A DNA stretch of 64,000 nt from Eubacteriales bacterium (GTDB lineage Bacteria > Bacillota > Clostridia > Oscillospirales > CAG-272), in contig JAZQTA010000009.1 in the NCBI GenBank assembly GCA_045630385.1, forward strand, positions 3,465 through 67,464, read 5' to 3'. The translations under genes and the position numbers were made by a program. The notes under the pieces are model-generated. The model worked only from the letters and a program-made list of their open reading frames with translations, did no database searches and was not told the DNA's origin. Positions 45,635-55,563 of the stretch are shown here, one piece after another (the first letter of the stretch is position 1; the number at the start of each line of letters is the position of its first letter).

Positions 45635-46807
45635 TCATTTCGCATCGTATGCAGCCTGCAATATCGCAAGCACTTCCTCGCGCGATAAAAATCTGTATCC
45701 GCCGCCAAGCTCCACCGTATCCGCAATGCGAGGAAGCATATCCTCCGTTGTTCCGAGCTCGCGAATGGACAGAGGAAGCTCCAGCTCCAAAACGAAATCG
45801 CGAAGCCTTACAATGCCCTCCAGCGCCACTTCTTCATCCTCTTTTCCTTCCGGGAGGACGCCGAAGACGCGCGTGGCAAACCGAACGAAGCGAGCAAGCC
45901 CGTCGCGGAAAATGTGGCGATAATAGGGAATGCTGATCGCGGCAAGCCCTGCGCCGTGCGCACAGTCGGTATACGCGCCGAGCTGATGCTCGATGCCGTG
46001 CACCTCCCAATCCTGATCCTTGGAAACGCCCGTGATATAGTTCAGAGCCATGGTGGCGCACCACATAATATTGCTCCGCGCCTCATAGCTCGTGGGCTCG
46101 CGGAGTGCCACGCGCGCCGAGCGGATCAGGGACTCCATCAGCCCCTCCAGAAGATAATCGCTCGTATTGTCGTCTTCCCCGGAAAAATACTGCTCCATCA
46201 AATGCGAAAAAATATCGAAGATGCCGCTCGCCATCTGGTATTTCGGGACGGTATAAGTGAACTCGGGATTGAGGATCGAAAAGCGCGGGCAGACCTCGGG
46301 CGGGAACACTCTCCCCTCCTTGATTCCTTCCGCCTCATTCGTGATCACCGAGCCGCTGTTCATTTCGGACGCGGTGCCCGCCATGGTCAAAATCGAAGCG
46401 ACGGGAACGACCGCATTTTCAAGCGGGCGAAGCTCTACCCAGTATTTTTGCCAAGCATCTCCCTCACAATATGCGGTGACGGAGATGGCCTTCGCGCAGT
46501 CGATCACCGAGCCGCCGCCAACGCCGAGGATCAGATCGATCCCATGCTCCTTGACGAGAGAAGCGCCTTGGAGCACCTCGGAATACCTGGGATTCGGCGA
46601 AACGCCGGGAAGCTCGAAAACCTCCTTACCGCATTCCGAAAGCGTTTTCACAACGAGGTCGTAGAGACCGATCCGCTTGATCGCGCCCTTTCCGTACACC
46701 AAGAGGACCTTCGGGCCGAACGCCGCAAGCGCCTCGCCAAGATGGGAAAACGCCGTGCGCCCGAAATAAATTTTCGTCGGATTATGAAACACAAAATCGT
46801 TTAACAT
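45635..46807 (-). CDS. iron-containing alcohol dehydrogenase (butanol dehydrogenase/YqhD-like)
   Basis: ATG 46807 (MLNDFVFHNPTKIYFG) follows an AGGAGGGAA RBS. GGGSVIDCAK and the His cluster H...H.IEH are present. Confidence 0.9.
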   Translation of the reverse strand: MLNDFVFHNPTKIYFGRTAFSHLGEALAAFGPKVLLVYGKGAIKRIGLYDLVVKTLSECGKEVFELPGVSPNPRYSEVLQGASLVKEHGIDLILGVGGGSVIDCAKAISVTAYCEGDAWQKYWVELRPLENAVVPVASILTMAGTASEMNSGSVITNEAEGIKEGRVFPPEVCPRFSILNPEFTYTVPKYQMASGIFDIFSHLMEQYFSGEDDNTSDYLLEGLMESLIRSARVALREPTSYEARSNIMWCATMALNYITGVSKDQDWEVHGIEHQLGAYTDCAHGAGLAAISIPYYRHIFRDGLARFVRFATRVFGVLPEGKEDEEVALEGIVRLRDFVLELELPLSIRELGTTEDMLPRIADTVELGGGYRFLSREEVLAILQAAYDAK

Positions 46808-46920
46808 GGAGATTTCCCTCCTTTTTTCTTCATTATACACTTTTTTTTATAAAAAATCAACCGTATTGCACGGAAGATTTGAAAAAGAATAAAAAAATTT
46901 AAATCTTTATAGAGAAATTC

Positions 46921-46949
46921 TTGACTTTGACAGGGTTTTGTGCTATACT
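46921..46949 (+). promoter_or_regulatory. sigma-A type promoter for the SCIFF locus
   Basis: TTGACT (46921-46926), 17 nt, then TGcTATACT (46941-46949). Confidence 0.6.
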
Positions 46950-46984
46950 ACAAAAAGAAAACACTAAAACGGAGGAAGGATCCC

Positions 46985-47137
46985 ATGAAGCACATCAAGA
47001 CTCTTAAGACCCGCAACCTTTGCGCAAGCGCGAAGAACGGCGGCTGCGGCGAATGCCAGACCTCTTGCCAGTCCGCTTGCAAGACCAGTTGCGGTATTGC
47101 AAATCAGCAGTGCGAGAACAAGAAGGAAAGCAAGTAA
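46985..47137 (+). CDS. scfA: SCIFF ranthipeptide precursor (six cysteines in forty-five residues)
   Basis: MKHIKTLKTRNLCASAKNGGCGECQTSCQSACKTSCGIANQQCENKKESK. Matches the highly conserved SCIFF core GGCGECQTSCQSACKTSC. RBS GGAGGAAGGA. The ORF track start at 46940 is too far upstream. Confidence 0.93.
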   Translation: MKHIKTLKTRNLCASAKNGGCGECQTSCQSACKTSCGIANQQCENKKESK

Positions 47138-47188
47138 TCAAAAGCTTTTTCTTTCTATCGGGGCATCGAAAGATTTTTTCGCCCCTGA

Positions 47189-47225
47189 GAGGGTGCCTCA
47201 AATCTTGTTTTGAGGCACCCTCTTT
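47189..47225 (+). terminator. strong hairpin with a short U-tract between scfA and scfB (partial terminator/attenuator)
   Basis: 14-bp perfect stem GAGGGTGCCTCAAA / TTTGAGGCACCCTC with a 6-nt loop, followed by only TTT. Confidence 0.6.
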
Positions 47226-47266
47226 CCTATAATTTATAATTGATTTTTTCTCAAAAGGATATAAAT

Positions 47267-48652
47267 ATGATACATCAGTACAAGCAAAACGGAATGAATA
47301 TCGTGCTCGACGTTACCTCGGGTGCCGTGCACGTTGTGGATGACGTGGCCTACGATATTATCGCTATTTTCGAGCATCAGAACAAGGACGCCTCTCTCGC
47401 CGCCATGCGCGAAAAATACGAGGGCAAGGACGGCATCACCGCCGCAGACATCGAGGAATGCTACGCGCAGGTGGAGGCGCTCAAGGAAAGCGGCCAGCTT
47501 TTCACGGAGGATACCTTCCACCCCATGGCAGGCGAGCTGAAAAGAAAGACCGCAGGCGTGATCAAGGCGCTTTGCCTTCACGTGGCGCACAGCTGCAATC
47601 TGAACTGCTCCTACTGCTTTGCGAGCCAGGGAAATTACCACGGCGAGCGCGCACTGATGAGCTTCGAGGTCGGCAAGCGCGCGCTTGACTTCCTCGTTGA
47701 AAATTCCGGAAGCCGCCACAATCTCGAGGTGGACTTCTTCGGCGGCGAGCCGCTGATGAACTGGGACGTTGTGAAGCGCCTCGTTTCCTACGCAAGAGAG
47801 ATAGAAAAGGAAAAGAATAAGAATTTCCGCTTTACGCTGACCACCAACGGCGTTTTGATCGACGACGACGTGATCGACTTCGCCAACAAGGAAATGAGCA
47901 ACGTGGTATTGAGCCTTGACGGACGAAAAGAGGTGCACGACCGCTTCCGCGTGGATTACAGCGGTAAGGGAAGCTTCGACCGCATCGTGCCGAAATTCCA
48001 AAAGCTCGTAGAAGCGCGCGGCGGCAAGAATTACTATATGCGCGGCACGTTTACGCACTACAATCCCGATTTTTTGAAGGATATTGAGACCATGCTCGAC
48101 CTCGGCTTTACCGAGCTTTCCATGGAGCCCGTGGTTTGCGATCCCGCTTCCCCCTCCGCACTGACCGAGGAGGATCTCCCGATCGTTTTGGAGCAGTACG
48201 AGAAGCTTGCCGAGCTGATGCTGAAGCGCAAGGCGGAGGGGCGCCCCTTCACCTTCTATCACTACATGATCGACCTCTCGGGCGGCCCTTGCATCTACAA
48301 GCGCATCTCGGGCTGTGGCTCGGGAACGGAATATATGGCCGTTACCCCCTCGGGCGATCTTTATCCCTGCCACCAGCTCGTGGGAGAAAAGGAATTCTGC
48401 CTCGGAAACGTCTTTGACGGCGTGAAAAATTTCGAGAAGCAATCGGAATTTGCCGCTTGCAACGTGTATGCAAGAAAGGACTGCGAGGACTGCTGGGCAA
48501 AGCTTTACTGCTCCGGCGGATGCGCGGCCAACGCATATCATGCAACCGGCTCGGTCACGGGCGTTTATAAATACGGCTGTGAGCTTTTCAAAAAGAGAAT
48601 GGAATGCGCCATCATGGTTGCCGCTACGGACATGATGGAAGATGACGAATGA
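47267..48652 (+). CDS. scfB: SCIFF radical SAM/SPASM maturase (thioether-forming)
   Basis: MIHQYKQNGMNIVLDVTSGAVHVVDD N-terminus, radical SAM CNLNCSYC, and a C-terminal Cys-rich SPASM region (C.DCWAKLYCSGGC). Immediately downstream of scfA. Confidence 0.9.
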   Translation: MIHQYKQNGMNIVLDVTSGAVHVVDDVAYDIIAIFEHQNKDASLAAMREKYEGKDGITAADIEECYAQVEALKESGQLFTEDTFHPMAGELKRKTAGVIKALCLHVAHSCNLNCSYCFASQGNYHGERALMSFEVGKRALDFLVENSGSRHNLEVDFFGGEPLMNWDVVKRLVSYAREIEKEKNKNFRFTLTTNGVLIDDDVIDFANKEMSNVVLSLDGRKEVHDRFRVDYSGKGSFDRIVPKFQKLVEARGGKNYYMRGTFTHYNPDFLKDIETMLDLGFTELSMEPVVCDPASPSALTEEDLPIVLEQYEKLAELMLKRKAEGRPFTFYHYMIDLSGGPCIYKRISGCGSGTEYMAVTPSGDLYPCHQLVGEKEFCLGNVFDGVKNFEKQSEFAACNVYARKDCEDCWAKLYCSGGCAANAYHATGSVTGVYKYGCELFKKRMECAIMVAATDMMEDDE

Positions 48653-49989
48653 TGGAAACACCAATACTTGATTTTGCCGCCCGCTATGCCAATGCGGGCG
48701 GCGTGCGTATGCACATGCCGGGGCACAAGGGGCGCTCGCTTCTCGGATACGAGCCGATGGACATCACCGAGATCGACGGTGCGGATTCCCTTTACGAGGC
48801 GAGCGGCATCATTGCCGAAAGTGAGAAGAATGCCGCCGCGCTTTTCGGAGCGGAAAAGACGCTTTTTTCCGCCGAGGGTTCCTCCCAATGCATCCGTGCA
48901 ATGCTTGCTTTAATTCGTTTGCACGGTGCAAAAACGCAAAGAAACAGTTATATTTTGGCATCAAGAAACGTGCATAAGACCTTCGTTACCGCCGCAGGCC
49001 TTTTGGATCTTGCGGTTCGCTTTATTGCGCCTTCGGAGGGAGCAAGCCTTCTTTACGCGCCGATCGACCTTGCCGCTTTAGAGGAAATTTTCAAGGCAGA
49101 CGCCCCGATCGCGCTCTATATCACCTCGCCCGACTATCTCGGAAATATCGCGCCGATCGAGGCGCTTTCGGCGCTTTGCCACCGCTATGGCGTTTTGCTC
49201 TGCGTGGACAACGCGCACGGCGCATATCTGCGTTTTCTGCCCCAATCGCGCCACCCGATGGATCTTGGCGCGGATCTCTCTTGCGACTCGGCGCATAAGA
49301 CGCTTCCCGCCTTGACGGGCGCGGCGTATCTGCATTTAAACCGCGGGCTTCCCGATTATTTCTATAAGGAAGCCAAGGATGCGATGGCGCTCTTTGGATC
49401 GACGAGCCCCTCCTATCTGATCCTTGAATCGCTGGATCTTATGAACGCGCTTCTTGCGGATGAATTTCCGAAAAAAATACGAGAGCATCTGCCGCTTTGC
49501 GAGCGCTTCAAAAAAAGGCTTTCCGATCACGGCTTTGCGCTTTCGGGCAACGAGCCGATGAAGGCAACCCTTTTGCCGAAGGCCTTCGGCTATACGGGGA
49601 AGGCGCTTGCCGCACAGCTTCGAAAAAGCAATATCGAATGCGAATTTGCGGACGAGGACAGTCTTGTTTTCATGCTCTCGCCCTACGTGAGCGAGGCGGC
49701 GCTTACGAAAACCGCCGACGTGCTGACGGCACTTCCCCGCCGCGCCCCCATTAACGAGGCGCCCCCCGCGCCCCACGTTCCGCGCCGCGCTTGCTCCATC
49801 CGCGAGGCCATGCTTGCGCCGAGCGAATGTATTCCGATCGAGAAGGCGCTCGGGCGCACGGTATGCTCGCTTGCGATCGGTTGCCCTCCCGCCGTGCCGC
49901 CCGTGGTCTGCGGCGAGGTGGCCGATGAAAAGACAATTGAGATCTTGCGCTACTACGGCATCAGCGAATGCCGCGTTATGCTACCTTAA
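48649..49989 (+). CDS. PLP-dependent Orn/Lys/Arg decarboxylase-family protein
   Basis: MHMPGHKG, and DSAHKTLPALTG (PLP lysine). ATGA overlap with the scfB stop. 446 aa. Confidence 0.8.
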   Translation: MMETPILDFAARYANAGGVRMHMPGHKGRSLLGYEPMDITEIDGADSLYEASGIIAESEKNAAALFGAEKTLFSAEGSSQCIRAMLALIRLHGAKTQRNSYILASRNVHKTFVTAAGLLDLAVRFIAPSEGASLLYAPIDLAALEEIFKADAPIALYITSPDYLGNIAPIEALSALCHRYGVLLCVDNAHGAYLRFLPQSRHPMDLGADLSCDSAHKTLPALTGAAYLHLNRGLPDYFYKEAKDAMALFGSTSPSYLILESLDLMNALLADEFPKKIREHLPLCERFKKRLSDHGFALSGNEPMKATLLPKAFGYTGKALAAQLRKSNIECEFADEDSLVFMLSPYVSEAALTKTADVLTALPRRAPINEAPPAPHVPRRACSIREAMLAPSECIPIEKALGRTVCSLAIGCPPAVPPVVCGEVADEKTIEILRYYGISECRVMLP

Positions 49990-50016
49990 ACACCTCCCGA
50001 AAGGACGGATTTTTTC

Positions 50017-52089
50017 ATGAAATGGTCAATGAAGAAAGGAAAATATTCCTATATTCTGCGCTACTATCTCCCTTGCCTGCCGCAATATGACGAAGCGGTG
50101 ACCGAGCGGCGCATCGAGGATCTGATCGCGTTTTCCAAGCGCGCGAAAGTGGATGCCGTGATGCTCTACGTGGATCTCAATCCCTTTTGGTATTATATGC
50201 CCGACAGCGAGGCGCATGCCGATTACGTGGCTTCCGTGATGGAAAGAATCACGCCGCGCCTGCGCGCCGAAGGGATCTCCTATCAACTGAACTATCAGAA
50301 CCTTTTCGGCTCCGTGGACGGCAACTACGATCACCGCGCGCTTTGCGACTGGGAATGCTATACCGATGAATTCGGAAACGTTTCCCTCGGCGTCGGCTGT
50401 ATGTTAAGCGAAAAATTCAGAGAAATCGCGCTGAAAAAGCTGAAGCGCTTTTCGCTGACCAAGCCCGATGCGATCTGGATCGACGACGATATCCGCATCC
50501 ACAATCACCGCACCGAGCTCCGATGCGTGCTTGAAGGCAAAAAGGGCGCAGAGGAATTGGACTTCGGTTGCTTTTGTGACGCGCATCTGCGCGCATTTTC
50601 CGCACGGATCGGCCGCAAGGTAACGAGAGAAGAGGTGCGCGCCTCCATTCTCGCCAAGGGAAAGGCGCAGGAGCTTGCGATACAATACAGAGAGTTTCAG
50701 CGCGGCGTTTGCGCCGACATGAACCGCGCGATCGAGGAATGCGTGCATTCGGTTTCTCCCGACACGCGCGTGGCGCTGATGACCTCCGTTCCCGACGTGC
50801 ACGCCGTTGAGGGACGGCACTGGGGCGAGTTTCTCACCTCGCTTTCGGGCACGCACAAGCCTCTGATCCGCTCGCACTTCGGCCCTTATATGGAGAGCGA
50901 TCCGCGCATTTTCGCGGATGCATATCTGCTGGCAGATCAGCTTCGCACCGATGCCGAAAGCGAATTTTTGCGCTCGGAGATCGACTACTGCCCCGAAATT
51001 GAAAACACCCGATTCACCCGCTATGCAAAAAGCGTGGCGGCAACCGCGTATCAGCTCAATCTTTCCGCCTTCATCGGATGCCCCGGCGTGACGCTCAGCA
51101 TCTTTGATCTGGAGGGCTGCGTTCTCTCCGAGGAGCCCGAATGGGAGCATCTGCTCGCCTCGCACGCGCTCTTCTGCGATCGCATGAAGCGCGATCTGGC
51201 AGGAATGGAAAAATGCGGCATCGGACTTTTGACCTCGCCCGATCGCTATCCGCTTGCCGAAAAGGCGAAGGAGAGCCACCGCATCAGTGCCACCGTGCAA
51301 AAGCGCCCGATGGAAGCGCTTCTCTCCCGCCTCGGCGCACCGTTTGCTTTCTTTACGCCCGAAAAAATCGCCGATCAGGAAGCCATTCTGCTTGAGCGAA
51401 GCGGCGTTCTCCAGCTTTCGGACGAGGAGCTGCTCCTCTGCCTCGGCAAGGGACTTCTTTTAGACCTCGGCGCGGCCGAGGAAATCGAAAAGCGCGGCTT
51501 CGGTGCGCACCTCGGCGTATCGATCGGAGATCGCGTGATGCAGGTTGCCGCTTCTGAAAAATTCACGAAGCGTACCCATAAAGACGGCTCTGCCGTGATC
51601 ATTCCCTCGCGCATCGGCCCGAAGGCGTATGCGGAGATCACCCCCAACGGCGCAGAGGTGCTTTCGCATCTCTATTCCCCCGACGGATGCGCCCACGTGG
51701 GACTTACCTATTTTGAAAACTCGCTCGGCGGCCGCGTTGCGATCTATCCCACCGAGGGTGATTTCGGCGACGGCTTCCCCTCGATCCACCGCGTGGCGGT
51801 GCTGCGCGAGGTGTTCGGAAGACTCGCCCCCTCACTTCCCATTGCTTATCTGCCCTCCTTTGGTCTCACCGCCGTTCGCAAAGACGAAAAGAGAGAAGCT
51901 ATATTCCTCTCCAATCTCTCCACCGATGCGGCGAAGGACATCACCGTTCGCTTTGCGAAAGCGCCGAAATCGGCCGTTTGCTATTTTGAAAACGGAAAGA
52001 AAAAGGTACTTACTCCCGAAGGCCGCGAGGTAACGCTTCCCACGGCGCTTTATACCTACGGCAACGCCGTGATCCTTGCCAAATACTGA
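50017..52089 (+). CDS. large cytoplasmic protein of unknown function
   Basis: 690 aa, no signal peptide, no motif recognised. Compositionally normal coding sequence with weak RBS AAGGACGG. Confidence 0.65.
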   Translation: MKWSMKKGKYSYILRYYLPCLPQYDEAVTERRIEDLIAFSKRAKVDAVMLYVDLNPFWYYMPDSEAHADYVASVMERITPRLRAEGISYQLNYQNLFGSVDGNYDHRALCDWECYTDEFGNVSLGVGCMLSEKFREIALKKLKRFSLTKPDAIWIDDDIRIHNHRTELRCVLEGKKGAEELDFGCFCDAHLRAFSARIGRKVTREEVRASILAKGKAQELAIQYREFQRGVCADMNRAIEECVHSVSPDTRVALMTSVPDVHAVEGRHWGEFLTSLSGTHKPLIRSHFGPYMESDPRIFADAYLLADQLRTDAESEFLRSEIDYCPEIENTRFTRYAKSVAATAYQLNLSAFIGCPGVTLSIFDLEGCVLSEEPEWEHLLASHALFCDRMKRDLAGMEKCGIGLLTSPDRYPLAEKAKESHRISATVQKRPMEALLSRLGAPFAFFTPEKIADQEAILLERSGVLQLSDEELLLCLGKGLLLDLGAAEEIEKRGFGAHLGVSIGDRVMQVAASEKFTKRTHKDGSAVIIPSRIGPKAYAEITPNGAEVLSHLYSPDGCAHVGLTYFENSLGGRVAIYPTEGDFGDGFPSIHRVAVLREVFGRLAPSLPIAYLPSFGLTAVRKDEKREAIFLSNLSTDAAKDITVRFAKAPKSAVCYFENGKKKVLTPEGREVTLPTALYTYGNAVILAKY

Positions 52090-52103
52090 AGGAGTGAAGC
52101 ACT

Positions 52104-53159
52104 ATGCAAACCAAAGACCGTACGGAAGCCCTGAAACGGGAAATGACCGCGTATTGCGAGGCACACCGTATTTTTGGCTCGCTTCGCATCACACATCACG
52201 ATAGCACCATCCTTGAGACTACCTTCGGCTACGCGGATATAGAGTCGCAGCGCCCCTTTACAAAGGATTCTCTTTTCTCTCTTTATTCGCTCACCAAGCC
52301 CTTTTGCGTGCTTGGACTTTTAAAGCTTTGGGATGCGGGGCGCGTGGATATCGATGCGCATCCTGCACGCTATATCCCCGAGGCTGAGGGACTTTGCGAG
52401 CGTGTCACAATCCGCCATATGCTCCACCATACGAGCGGCCTGCCCGACTTCGGGCAGAACAAGGAATTTGCCGCCGCGCACCGTCCCGGCACGCCCGACC
52501 GCATTCGCGCACATCTTTGCGAGCTGAAGCGCTATCCGCAATATTTCGCGCCGGGAGCGGGCACAATGTATGCAAATATCAATATGATACTGCCTGCACT
52601 GATCATCGAAAACGTCTCGGGGCTTTCTTATGCCGACTATATGCAAAAAGAGGTTTTCTCTCCGCTCGGCGCAAAAAGCATCCTCGTGGACCATGAGGGG
52701 CTTACTCTCGAAAACAGAGTGACGGGCTATGCGCTAAGCGAGGACGAAACCGCTGTTTACCCGACCGAGCGACGCCTTGACTGGATGATGGGCGCGGGAG
52801 ATCTTCTCGGCACGGTGGATGACGTATACGCCCTCTGCCGCGCGATCAGGGAGGGACTTCTGCTGAAGGAGAGCACCTGGCGCGAGGTGCTGACGCCTGC
52901 GCCGATCAACACCTTCGGTATGGGATGCAGAGTCGATCCGTGGCACGAAAAAGAATGCATCATGCACACCGGCGGCCACGTAGGATTCCGCACACTTCAT
53001 AAATACCTCCCCCGAGAGGATTTTGATATCATCTTCCTTTCAAACAGCGGCTTCGGCTCGGCGCGTGCGGATCTTAGCGAAATGATCTTTTCCACGTTTT
53101 TTGAAGAAGATGCAAAAAGAGAAAACCGAGAAGTAGAGATGGACAAAGGGTATATTTGA
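52104..53159 (+). CDS. serine hydrolase (class C beta-lactamase/esterase family)
   Basis: S-x-x-K motif (SLYSLTKPF), YAN (Y-x-N) and H.GGH.GF near the C-terminus. 351 aa. Confidence 0.8.
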   Translation: MQTKDRTEALKREMTAYCEAHRIFGSLRITHHDSTILETTFGYADIESQRPFTKDSLFSLYSLTKPFCVLGLLKLWDAGRVDIDAHPARYIPEAEGLCERVTIRHMLHHTSGLPDFGQNKEFAAAHRPGTPDRIRAHLCELKRYPQYFAPGAGTMYANINMILPALIIENVSGLSYADYMQKEVFSPLGAKSILVDHEGLTLENRVTGYALSEDETAVYPTERRLDWMMGAGDLLGTVDDVYALCRAIREGLLLKESTWREVLTPAPINTFGMGCRVDPWHEKECIMHTGGHVGFRTLHKYLPREDFDIIFLSNSGFGSARADLSEMIFSTFFEEDAKRENREVEMDKGYI

Positions 53160-53210
53160 TCTTTATTTCCCTACATTTCTTTACATAATAACACAAAAAA
53201 GGAGTTTGCT

Positions 53211-54896
53211 ATGGCACAGTTTTTTGATTTTTTCAATCACATGAGCAAGAAAACAAGGATCATTTTCTCCCTCGTTTTCGGAACGCTTGCGGCGCTGATC
53301 CTCTTCTATATCTTTCTGCCGCCGCTGAACCCCTGCTCCGTGGGTTTTTGGGTGTATCTTCTGGCGGTTCTCTTCTTCTATCTCGTTCCCTTTCTGAAGC
53401 CCGAGCTTTCTCCCGTGGTGATCCTCAGCCCGAAGGAATCCGCCGACAAGCCTGCAAAAAAGCAGAGCGCAAAGCTCTCCGTGAATAAATGGGCGGCGAT
53501 CCCGCTTCTCATTCCCATTGCCGCAATACTTCTCGGCTCGATCATTTCCTCCGAATTTTTCTTCGCGAGGCGCTATGCCTCGGTCATTAAGGTAGAGGAA
53601 TCCGTGTTCTCCGAGGATATGCCGAAAACCGACATGGCCGCCATCACCAACATCGCCTTGATGGATAGCGACAGCGCCGCCATTCTCGGCACGCGCACGC
53701 TCGGCTCGCTCTCGCACGTGGTTTCGCAGTACACCTTGAGCGGCTACTATGCGCAGATCAATTACCACAACACCCCGAAAAAGATATCCAACCTTGAATA
53801 CGACGGCTTCTTCAAGTGGCTCGGCAACCGCAAAAGCGGCGTGCCCGGCTTCGTTATGGTCGATCCCGTAAAGAGCGAATCCCAATACGTGGAGTTCAAA
53901 ACGCCGATCCGCTACGTGAACAGTGCGTTTTTCGGCGAGGATCTGACGCGTAAGCTTCGCATGAGCTATCCCACGAAGATCTTCAACTCGATCACCTTCG
54001 AGGTGGACGAGGAGGGCAATCCCTACTACGTTGTTTCCTGCGCCAGACCGCGCGTGTTCCTCTTCGGGGCAATGGATATTTCCGAGGTGATCCTCTTCAA
54101 TCCCGCGAGCGGCGAAAGCGAGATCATGGCCGTGAAGGATGCGCCCTCGTGGATCGACGTGGTGTATACGGGCAATCTCGCGACCGAAAAGTACAATTGG
54201 AAGGGCGCGTATGCGGGCGGCTTCTTAAACAGCGTGATCGGTAACGTTGGCTGCACCGTGGCAACCGATGATTTCGGCTACCTCGTGCGCGACGATGACG
54301 TTTGGTACTTCACCGGCGTGACCAGCGCCGTGGCAGATGATAAATCCAACATCGGCTTCATTCTTTCCAACGCGAGAACCGGCGAATACAAGTTCTATCC
54401 CGTGGTCGGCGCGGAGGAGCATTCCGCCATGGCCGCCGCCGAGGGCGAGGTGCAGGAAAAGGGCTACACGGCCTCCTTCCCCTCTTTGGTGAACATTTCG
54501 GGACAAGCAACCTATATCTGCGTTCTGAAGGATGATGCAGGGCTCGTGAAGCTCTACGCCCTCGTGAACGTGGAAAATTACAGCATCGTCGCCACCGGCG
54601 CAACGCAGACCGACGCGATGAGCGCATACACCAAGCTTTTGAAGCAAAGCAATATCGACATCGGTGACACGGGCGCAGAAAACGCAACCTTCACCGTGAC
54701 TGACGTACGCATTGTTCCCGTTTCGGGCGTTGCGACCGTGTATATCACCGCCGACGACGGCAAGGTCTACAAGGGCTACCTCGAGGCCGACGAGGCGCTG
54801 ATCCTCGTGCAGAAGGGCGACACCCTCTCCGTCACCTTCTCGCGCGGCGAGGTCGAAAACGTGCTGACCATTCTTTCGTGGAGCTTCGGAGAATAA
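53211..54896 (+). CDS. membrane-anchored protein of unknown function
   Basis: 561 aa with three N-terminal hydrophobic spans, then a large soluble domain. No motif recognised. Confidence 0.7.
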   Translation: MAQFFDFFNHMSKKTRIIFSLVFGTLAALILFYIFLPPLNPCSVGFWVYLLAVLFFYLVPFLKPELSPVVILSPKESADKPAKKQSAKLSVNKWAAIPLLIPIAAILLGSIISSEFFFARRYASVIKVEESVFSEDMPKTDMAAITNIALMDSDSAAILGTRTLGSLSHVVSQYTLSGYYAQINYHNTPKKISNLEYDGFFKWLGNRKSGVPGFVMVDPVKSESQYVEFKTPIRYVNSAFFGEDLTRKLRMSYPTKIFNSITFEVDEEGNPYYVVSCARPRVFLFGAMDISEVILFNPASGESEIMAVKDAPSWIDVVYTGNLATEKYNWKGAYAGGFLNSVIGNVGCTVATDDFGYLVRDDDVWYFTGVTSAVADDKSNIGFILSNARTGEYKFYPVVGAEEHSAMAAAEGEVQEKGYTASFPSLVNISGQATYICVLKDDAGLVKLYALVNVENYSIVATGATQTDAMSAYTKLLKQSNIDIGDTGAENATFTVTDVRIVPVSGVATVYITADDGKVYKGYLEADEALILVQKGDTLSVTFSRGEVENVLTILSWSFGE

Positions 54897-54910
54897 GACA
54901 CTATAAGACA

Positions 54911-54951
54911 AACTGAGCCGAGATGTTTTTGCATCTCGGCTCAGTTTTTTT
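54911..54951 (+). terminator. rho-independent terminator
   Basis: 15-bp stem AACTGAGCCGAGATG / CATCTCGGCTCAGTT followed by TTTTTTT. Confidence 0.85.
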
Positions 54952-55177
54952 ATTTGAGTTTTTTTGGTTCATCAATAAAACCGGCAAAATAGTCAAGAGA
55001 AACATTATAATATTCCGCTAAAACAACCACGCGCTCAAAAGGAATGGCTCTTTTCCCATTCTCATACTGCGCATAATAGGATTGGCTTGTACCTATGATT
55101 TTAGCAATTTCCTCTTGACTTTTATCGGCATCTTCCCTGAGATCCTTCAATCTCTTATATACACTCATTTTTTTCAC
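54950..55177 (-). CDS. XRE-family helix-turn-helix transcriptional regulator
   Basis: 75 aa. LKDLREDADKSQEEIAKIIGTSQSYYAQYENGKR is a canonical Cro/C1 HTH. Confidence 0.88.
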   Translation of the reverse strand: MKKMSVYKRLKDLREDADKSQEEIAKIIGTSQSYYAQYENGKRAIPFERVVVLAEYYNVSLDYFAGFIDEPKKLK

Positions 55178-55281
55178 CTTTGTTTTTTAAAAATTATAAC
55201 ACAAATGAACTAAAAAGGGTTGGCTTTAGTTCGCATGTGGACTATAATATATTTAATTCAATATTAAACTAAACATGAAAG

Positions 55282-55557
55282 GTGCAAAAAATGAAAGAGA
55301 CACTCGAAAAGTTATGGACGGAATATCTCTCGGAAGAAGCTGCAAAAATGGATACGGAAGAAAAACGGCTTACCAAAACGGCGGTGGCGTTGCACGAAAA
55401 GGCAAACGATTTGCTGACCAAAGAGCAAGCGGATGCGGTGGAAAAATACGTGGATATGCTGAACGAGCTTCATGCCGTTTTTGCGAAAAAGGCATTTTGC
55501 AAGGGATGCGAATTTGCGGTTTCGTTTCTTTGGGAAGCGAAAAATGTGGAGAAATGA
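55282..55557 (+). CDS. small helical protein of unknown function, divergent from the XRE gene
   Basis: 91 aa, charged and helical, ending in C.GC. The start could be ATG 55291. This is a common partner type for XRE regulators in Clostridia, but I cannot name the family with confidence. Confidence 0.55.
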   Translation: MQKMKETLEKLWTEYLSEEAAKMDTEEKRLTKTAVALHEKANDLLTKEQADAVEKYVDMLNELHAVFAKKAFCKGCEFAVSFLWEAKNVEK

Positions 55558-55563
55558 GATCGG

